A stretch of DNA of 63,814 nucleotides, filler included, from Vannella sp. (Eukaryota), in NCBI GenBank assembly GCA_023345925.1. It is 8 parts of 8 records of this genome, joined end to end, with 100 filler letters (N's around TTAATTAATTAA, not from the genome) between each part and the next. Parts side by side here need not be neighbours in the genome. Positions count along the whole stretch, not along the records: positions 50,313 to 59,576 come from JAJQQN010001105.1; positions 59,677 to 63,814 come from JAJQQN010001206.1; 6 more parts are not named here. One strand, given 5' to 3'. The notes below the pieces were generated by a model. That model saw only the letters and a program-made list of their open reading frames with translations, was not told where the DNA came from and did no database searches. Made by a program: the position numbers and the translations under genes. The first letter of the stretch is position 1. The number at the start of each line of letters is the position of its first letter. Below, in pieces: positions 57,712 through 63,814 of this stretch.

Positions 57712-59576
57712 TCAATCAGCTTGACGAGGAGCAATTGTGTTACCGACAAGGCCACCTTTGGCACTTGCAGCTCGACGGAAGTTACGGCGGGGGCCTGCTG
57801 AAGTCTCTGATTGCGAGGGAGCCGCATTTAGGAACCGGGAGTTATTGCGCATAAGAGGGGGAGCGACCTCATCATCTCCTGCATGAGGAACGCTCTTTCT
57901 TCGCTCTTGACCTCCCAGTGATTCATCTACGATAGCGTCTGGATCGATATCATCGGCATTCGGTGTTTTCTTCGGTCGGCGAAGTGTCATTGTTTTGAAA
58001 CTATCCAAAAGCTTCTTTTTCTGTCCCGAGCCACTTTTTCGCCTAGAATCAGGACTGGGGTCGTCATTGGCATTCAATAAAGTAAAGATTCCGTTTCCTT
58101 CCGTATCTTGGAGTTGGAATTCCGCTCGCCTTTCTGTCCAATCTCTCAGAACCTGGATAGTACGCTTTTAGAGTTGACTCACTCAAAAGCTCTTTGCCTG
58201 CCCGACCGGTTAACCTTCCCCGAAGAGCAGTGTTGAAGGTTTTGACCCATTCCGATTGAGCGTCCTCTGTGCTGAAAGCCACGAGCGTATTCCTCTGAAT
58301 CGATATCAATTGAGAATGACAGGCATTCTCCACTACAACAAACAATCAGCCCCCACTCAGCCGAACTTGGAGAGAAAAGGCACTTCTTACAATCTCGAAC
58401 CCAGAAGAACTCCAGCTCAGCAGCTGTAGGAGTCCTTTTGGTCTTCTTATCGAAAGCAATAACCACTAAATCGTTGAAAAGGAAGATCTTGACAGGCCCA
58501 ACGACTACCCCATCCACTCGAACCTCTTGGGCCGTATCTTCTCGAAGGATCTCCCGTCCTGGCGCCAGCAGATTATCCTATTGGTGATGGATCACTATGA
58601 GTGAGTTGTTACGAGCTTGTCAAGTCAGGAACGTACCCGCCCGATGGCTTTGGAGATGTCAATGATTCTGAGAATCCTCTCTGCCTTCTCGCAAGCCTCG
58701 TTGACTTGACTGGCTTTCGTAGCTACTGACTCAAGTGCCCTCTGTAAGGAAGCAAAGTCAGGGTGCTCTTCTGTTGTGCGCTTGACCATCTCTCCAAGAA
58801 ACATCTGATAGCGAGGAATGCGCTGGATCGGGAGGATCAGCATGCTAGTGATGTACGAGCCATGGAACCTTTCGCTCTTTTGCACGTCCTAAAGGTCCTG
58901 TCCTGTCAGCACATCACCCAACAGTGCGCCCGCCGTACTGTGAGGAACTGGGCGAACTCGGGGGAGGACTTCTTGTGCTCTTGGACGAGGCCAATGGCTT
59001 TGTCATAGTTGGAGCAGTACGTAGTATAGAGCTTGAAGCAAGGGGACTGAAGTCACCAAGAAGAGAGCAAGCCTGGTCAGAAAGACGCCAAAAGGATCGG
59101 AAAAGAGACGAACCAAAGAGGAGAACAGGTCGCCAAGCATGGACACTTCAGTCCAGGCTTTAATGGACTCCTCTAGCTGAGGGAGAAAGTACTCCTCGTG
59201 GAACCTACGGCCAGGTCAGCTATGCGACACATTTCAACCGATTGGACCCACTTTAAGATCGTCTCTACATTAGAGAAGATGCCAGAGATCACATTGAGAG
59301 GGACCAGCTTGTTCTCTTTCAGTGGAACAATGAAACCCTCCGCCCAACCTCAGCCAAAGCGCACACAAGCACGGGGAGCCTCCTCACCTCAATCATCATC
59401 CTCAGATTTGAAACGTACAGCTGCTCTGATGTATAGAGCTCTTGTACTGTCTTCGTCCTCTTATCTGGAGGCGTTTCCACCGAGAGGTCCATCGCCACCG
59501 CCCAGAACCTCTTCCAAACGAATGGCGTCGCTGATTGGTCCCATTTGGCCTCTGTTGAAAAGTGCTTCTAAATTCG
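57712..59576 (-). CDS. DH-PH RhoGEF, 5' truncated (multi-exon)
   Basis: IFSNVETI, FKLYTTYCSNYDKA, LILPIQRIPRYQMFL..TTEEHPD and PH motif IFLFNDLVVIA. Confidence 0.9.
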
Positions 59577-59676
59577 NNNNNNNNNNNNNNNNNNNNNNNN
59601 NNNNNNNNNNNNNNNNNNNNTTAATTAATTAANNNNNNNNNNNNNNNNNNNNNNNNNNNNNNNNNNNNNNNNNNNN
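59577..59676. other. Artificial contig linker
   Basis: N44-TTAATTAATTAA-N44. Confidence 0.99.
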
Positions 59677-60490
59677 TAACGCCCCCGATGGAGATGCTGA
59701 AGTCCTCATCGCCTCCGTTCCATTCGGTGGACAGATCTCTGTGTCCAAGACAAGTCCTGGTTCCCTCTTCTTGAATGGCCCAGCTCCTATCAAGGACTTC
59801 CAGCGAGCGTTGACCACTTTGGCTTACGAGAATCTCAGCAAGCGCCCAACCGCTGGTGCTCGCAGCATTCGAGTCCAGTGCATTGATGAAGCCGGCGGCG
59901 TTAGTTCCACTGTTCTTTCTGTTGTGACTGTCAAGTCCAAGGAAGAAGCTCCAATTGTGGACCTCAATGGCAGCGGCCTTCTCGGTTTGAACTGGGAGCG
60001 ATACGTTTCATCTGTTCAAGAAGGAACGCTCATCTCCAACTCTGAAGTCTCGTTCGTTCGTGACTCTGATAGCAGCAACCTTGCTTACTGTCAAGTGCGC
60101 CTCCCTGGACCTGCTCATGCCGGTGAAGGTTTCTCTCTTGACCGTGCGTTGTCGCCTAACATCAAGCCTCAATGGATTCCTGGTGCTGGTACACTCTACC
60201 TGAACGGCCCTGCCACTGTGGAAGAGTTCGATGCTGCCATTCGCTCTGTGATGTATGTCCGACGCACTGACCTTCCCTACAACAAGGTGGACATCAAGGT
60301 GCAATGCGTTGACACGGAGATGCACTCCAGCGTTCCTGCCATCTCAACTCTTCACATTCGTGATATGGAGAACTGCAATGGCTCTGACGATTCGATGCGC
60401 CATGAGGTTACTGATGTTTGGGTTCACTTGGAAGGAGTTGTTGCTGAAGACTCCACTTCCGACCGCAAGTCCTTCAATCCCCGTCCTTAA
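59677..60490 (+). CDS. C-terminal part of a protein with tandem cadherin-like/adhesin repeats, 5' truncated
   Basis: Two repeats: LFLNGPAPIKDFQRALTTLAYEN..PTAGARSIRVQCID and APIVDLNG..DSDSSNL..LYLNGPATVEEFDAAIRSVMY..IKVQCVD. Confidence 0.7.
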
Positions 60491-60537
60491 TCTTTCTTTC
60501 CTTCCCTTTTTCTTTGTCACCCAACCCCTATAACTTC

Positions 60538-61797
60538 TTATAAACTACTTTCTTCAATCTCTGTGCCATCCTGTCGCCATTTCAACTCTCTGCCAACTTT
60601 CTCAGTTTTACTGACTGATTACCTTCGACACTGCCTTCCCCCCAGTCGAGAGTCACTAAGTCTGCATTGGTAGATTCCTTTACATCTCAGACTCATTCGC
60701 TAGATCATTCGGTGGTCTTGTAATGGGTTTCTGATTCAGCTTAGATCGATTTCCTCTCGGGAGCCACTGGGGTTGTTAAGCTCTTGCAATGCAGCCTGTA
60801 ACCCTTTAATTTCTTGCTCCACTGCCCATGTATCACTTTGTAGCGTGTAAACCACCTCAGCTTGGTTCTAAAGAGAGTAAGAAACTGGATGACTTGGGAA
60901 TATCACTTTGGGCGGGAATCACTCACATGAAGAGAAGAGAGCGCCTCCCGCAGATGAGACTCCATGGGAGATAGGGGGTTCGATTGCATACTCTCTCTGA
61001 ATGATTTGTTACAAAAAAGAGAGGAAGAGAGGCAGAGAGTGTCCCACATCTTTGAATAAAGCTCACTGAAAGCCCCAGGGATCTGCGGGACCTTTGATCT
61101 TGCACGGAATAGTTGATACTCCGAAGTGAAACTCTGCTGAAGGTTCACAATCTCCAAAGGAATGGGAAGAGGACTCCTTGGCTCCCTATAAGGGGTGAGA
61201 ATCCTCTCTCTGAGCCACTGAGAGACTCACAAGGCAAGGAACATCTTGTAATCAAAGTTCAGTAAGTAAGGCTCACTACTTGAAGACATGGAGAGCAACA
61301 GGAACAAAGGAATGTTCCTTTCCTTTTCCTTCAAAGCGGACGTTTGGTGAATGAGGGACTTTTCCTTGACTGTTAAGGACAAGGGTGTGTCACGGCGTGA
61401 ATGGAAGAAGCCTATGATCCTTCCCATCCCCATCTGGGCCACTTTCTCTGCAACAGCGTCGAGAGCAGCTTGGTTGACCAGTCCAACCGGGGAAACGATC
61501 CGTTCGTCCTTGGAGATGACCATAAACTGCTGTATCACTACTCTCTGTTACAAGATGCATCCTTTGACCTCGTTTTCCCTCACCATACTCAAGGCTAGAG
61601 GTCGCCACATCCCCTTGGTCGTTGGTGGAGTGTTGGGTGTGATCTGAGGCCACTCCCAACAGAATCCCTTCCTACCCTACTCTTTAACACCCATCATACA
61701 ACACGCAGGAAGTCCTAACAAGGTCGGAAGGCGCTGATTCACACTGAAACCAGAGAGCCCCAAGAGTCGCCCCGTGGATGACCGCCCGTGCGTCCAT
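60538..61797 (-). CDS. Abraxas/FAM175-like inactive MPN protein (multi-exon; 3' end approximate)
   Basis: AVIHGATLGALWF...EGILLG, IIGFFHSRRDTPLSLTVKE, LFLLLS..NFDYKMF and MEIVNL. Confidence 0.75.
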
Positions 61798-61839
61798 CCC
61801 AATGGCCATTGAGACAGTAGAAAGTCAAGACAACGGTAT

Positions 61840-63419
61840 TTACAACCATGAGAACCACCCCACTGCAGGTGAACTACGTCTGGAAGGGACAGCGGAGTGC
61901 TTTTGTGTCTTCCGGGCTCGGCGGGGAATGTCTTGGTCACTTGCACGGGGCGTTTGGGGAGAGTAGTTGGCGGACTGTTGCTTTCCTGCTAGCTGGAGCT
62001 TAATCCAGTCGTACCATTCGTGGAAGGGAACCTCAGACTGAAGGGCTTGTTGGTAAAGTGAATTGATATCCGTGGAGAAGCATCCATCGGAAGTGGTCGG
62101 CGCCTGGACAGCAAAGGAGATCTTGATAGATGTAGCAGCCAAGAAGAAATAGTCCTCGCAGTTCGGCGGTGCATCTGGAGGGGGTCCGAGTGCCTTTGGT
62201 GGAGGAGAGGTAACGAGGCGAGATTCAAGTTCTAGTTCCAGCTCTCCCAGCAGAGAGTCATCTACACGGACTGAACTATCTGAAACAGACTGCTGGAACT
62301 CTTTCGTGGGCTAGGTTAAGGGAAATAGAAGAACAGGAAGAGAGAGAAGAGCCAGAAGAGAAAAAAGGAAAGGATATTCTTCTTCCCGCTTGCGGAAGGT
62401 TGCCAAAGAAGTGCGCGCCTCTTCAAGAAAGTGCAAATGCTCTTCCCTCTCTTTGTTAAGGCGTTGGCTCTCCAAAGCAAACTGTGTGATAGTCTTTTCG
62501 AACTGCTTCTTCTCCTGCGTCAAGTGACTCAGACTCTTCTCCAGCTCTTCAATCTCATTCTCTGCCTCCTCAAGATCTTTCATGGCCTGTCCCACTCGCC
62601 CCTTCTCTGAAGAATTCTTTGCTTGCAATTGAATGAGCAACTCTGAGTTCTCCACTTGCACGTGCTCGTATTTGTCTGCACCATTGTGTCATCCGATGGC
62701 TTGCTTAAGAGTGGGTCAAAGAGAGCTATCTCCTACCCTCTGCCTTCTTTACGAGCGCTTTGGCAGCCGTTATTTCTTTCCTGAGCTCTGTCTTCTGGCT
62801 TTCAGCCATATTGAGTTGTTTCATTAAGTCTTGGATCTGTTGTGTGGTGCTGAGAGATGGTGGGCGAGTGAATGGACCCTCCTGGGACCCACCTTAGCCT
62901 GTTGAGCATCGTTCTCCTCTCTATTTCGGAGCAGCTCCTTGTCTATGGCACGGTACTTGATAAGGAGAGAGTCCTTCTCTTCCATCTCTTGAGTAACGGC
63001 TTTGTTGGCATCAGTGGCCTCTTGTAGTTGTTCCTTCACCTGATTGTACTTCTACTCGGCCTCAGTAAGTGATTTGTGCGATTGTTAGGTCTCTCCCTAC
63101 TGCTATGAGAAGCTTCTCTTTGTTTTCGAAGTCTGTGGCAACGTCAGAGGCCTTCTTCTCGTCTTTCCAAGCCTTTTCAACCCAAGAAATGAGAAAACTT
63201 CTTCCCTTTCCGCAGGAACAGTCACTTACCAGCTCGCGTAGACGATGAGTTTCATTCTGCTGTTGTTCCTTCGATAATTGGTCATGCAGATAGGAGATCT
63301 CGGCCTCGCGGGCGTGAAGACGCTCCTCCAATCCAGCGCGCTCCGCTTCCAAAGCCTGGTTCTTCTCCAGCAGCTGACTCCCAAACTCTATCCAACCTCT
63401 CTCTTAGTAAACCTACCAT
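61840..63419 (-). CDS. Coiled-coil protein (multi-exon, start uncertain)
   Basis: E/K/Q-rich heptad ORFs separated by intron-sized gaps; C-terminal LYQQALQSEVPFHEWYDWI motif. Confidence 0.6.
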
Positions 63420-63814
63420 AATCCATCCTCCTACGCACCAGCAGCCATCTGCAGTTGGCTTTGTGCCTCTCGCAGTTGCTCCTGCAAGTCCTCCATCACC
63501 AACAAACAATCAAATGATCCATTTCGCTCAATTCCATTATTATTTAATTAGGCATCAATTTCCCTTAACTCGTGGATTTTCTCACGATAAGTTCATTCGC
63601 AATGACTTCAAAGGAAGCTTCTCAAAAGCAAACTCCCGGCCACCAACTGAGGCTTCTCCAACGTGTGCATATCGTTGGTAGGGAACCAAACCACCTCTGG
63701 TTCCTTCAACGTACGGACACGCTGCCAAGCCCGCTGCTCTTGCGCCAAGAAGAACGTCTCCAAGTCCCCTGCCCCGCCTGATGGCTTCGAGACCGGCTCG
63801 GCCATTGTGAAATG

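Noticed and set aside
7862..59676. Seven recurring TTAATTAATTAA palindromes flanked by N runs
   Set aside because: Identical 100-nt artificial concatenation spacers, so gene adjacency across them has no biological meaning.
9988..63419. Many split ORFs suggesting pseudogenes, stop-codon readthrough or an alternative code
   Set aside because: The breaks I checked are explained by short GT-AG introns that restore conserved proteins, and I found no conserved in-frame TGA suggesting selenocysteine.

Overview
The window is not one locus. It holds eight unrelated contigs (1-7861, 7962-14684, 14785-22651, 22752-30564, 30665-39467, 39568-50212, 50313-59576, 59677-63814) joined by artificial 100-nt linkers (N44-TTAATTAATTAA-N44). 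The DNA comes from a very compact eukaryotic nuclear genome with the standard code and short (~45-65 nt) spliceosomal introns. It is probably an amoebozoan-like protist, inferred from a RacH-like GTPase and GGAIY-repeat surface proteins. Most genes are housekeeping: eEF1B, Ras, Rac, Rad17, PanK, GAR1, COG4, PIGV, eL14, mL59, POP5, OST48, BLOC1S1, Abraxas-like, RhoGAP and RhoGEF. The most unusual items are: (1) an intronless bacterial-type tRNA 2-selenouridine synthase (SelU/MnmH) with a mitochondrial-presequence-like N-terminus; (2) an intronless bacterial-type alpha-2-macroglobulin with an intact CxEQ thioester motif but no signal peptide; (3) a tandem pair of small unknown paralogs resembling stand-alone CG-1 (CAMTA)-like DNA-binding domains upstream of an ankyrin gene; (4) same-strand genes only 28-57 nt apart. 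All family assignments come from motif recognition by eye, not database searches, and several exon boundaries are inferred.
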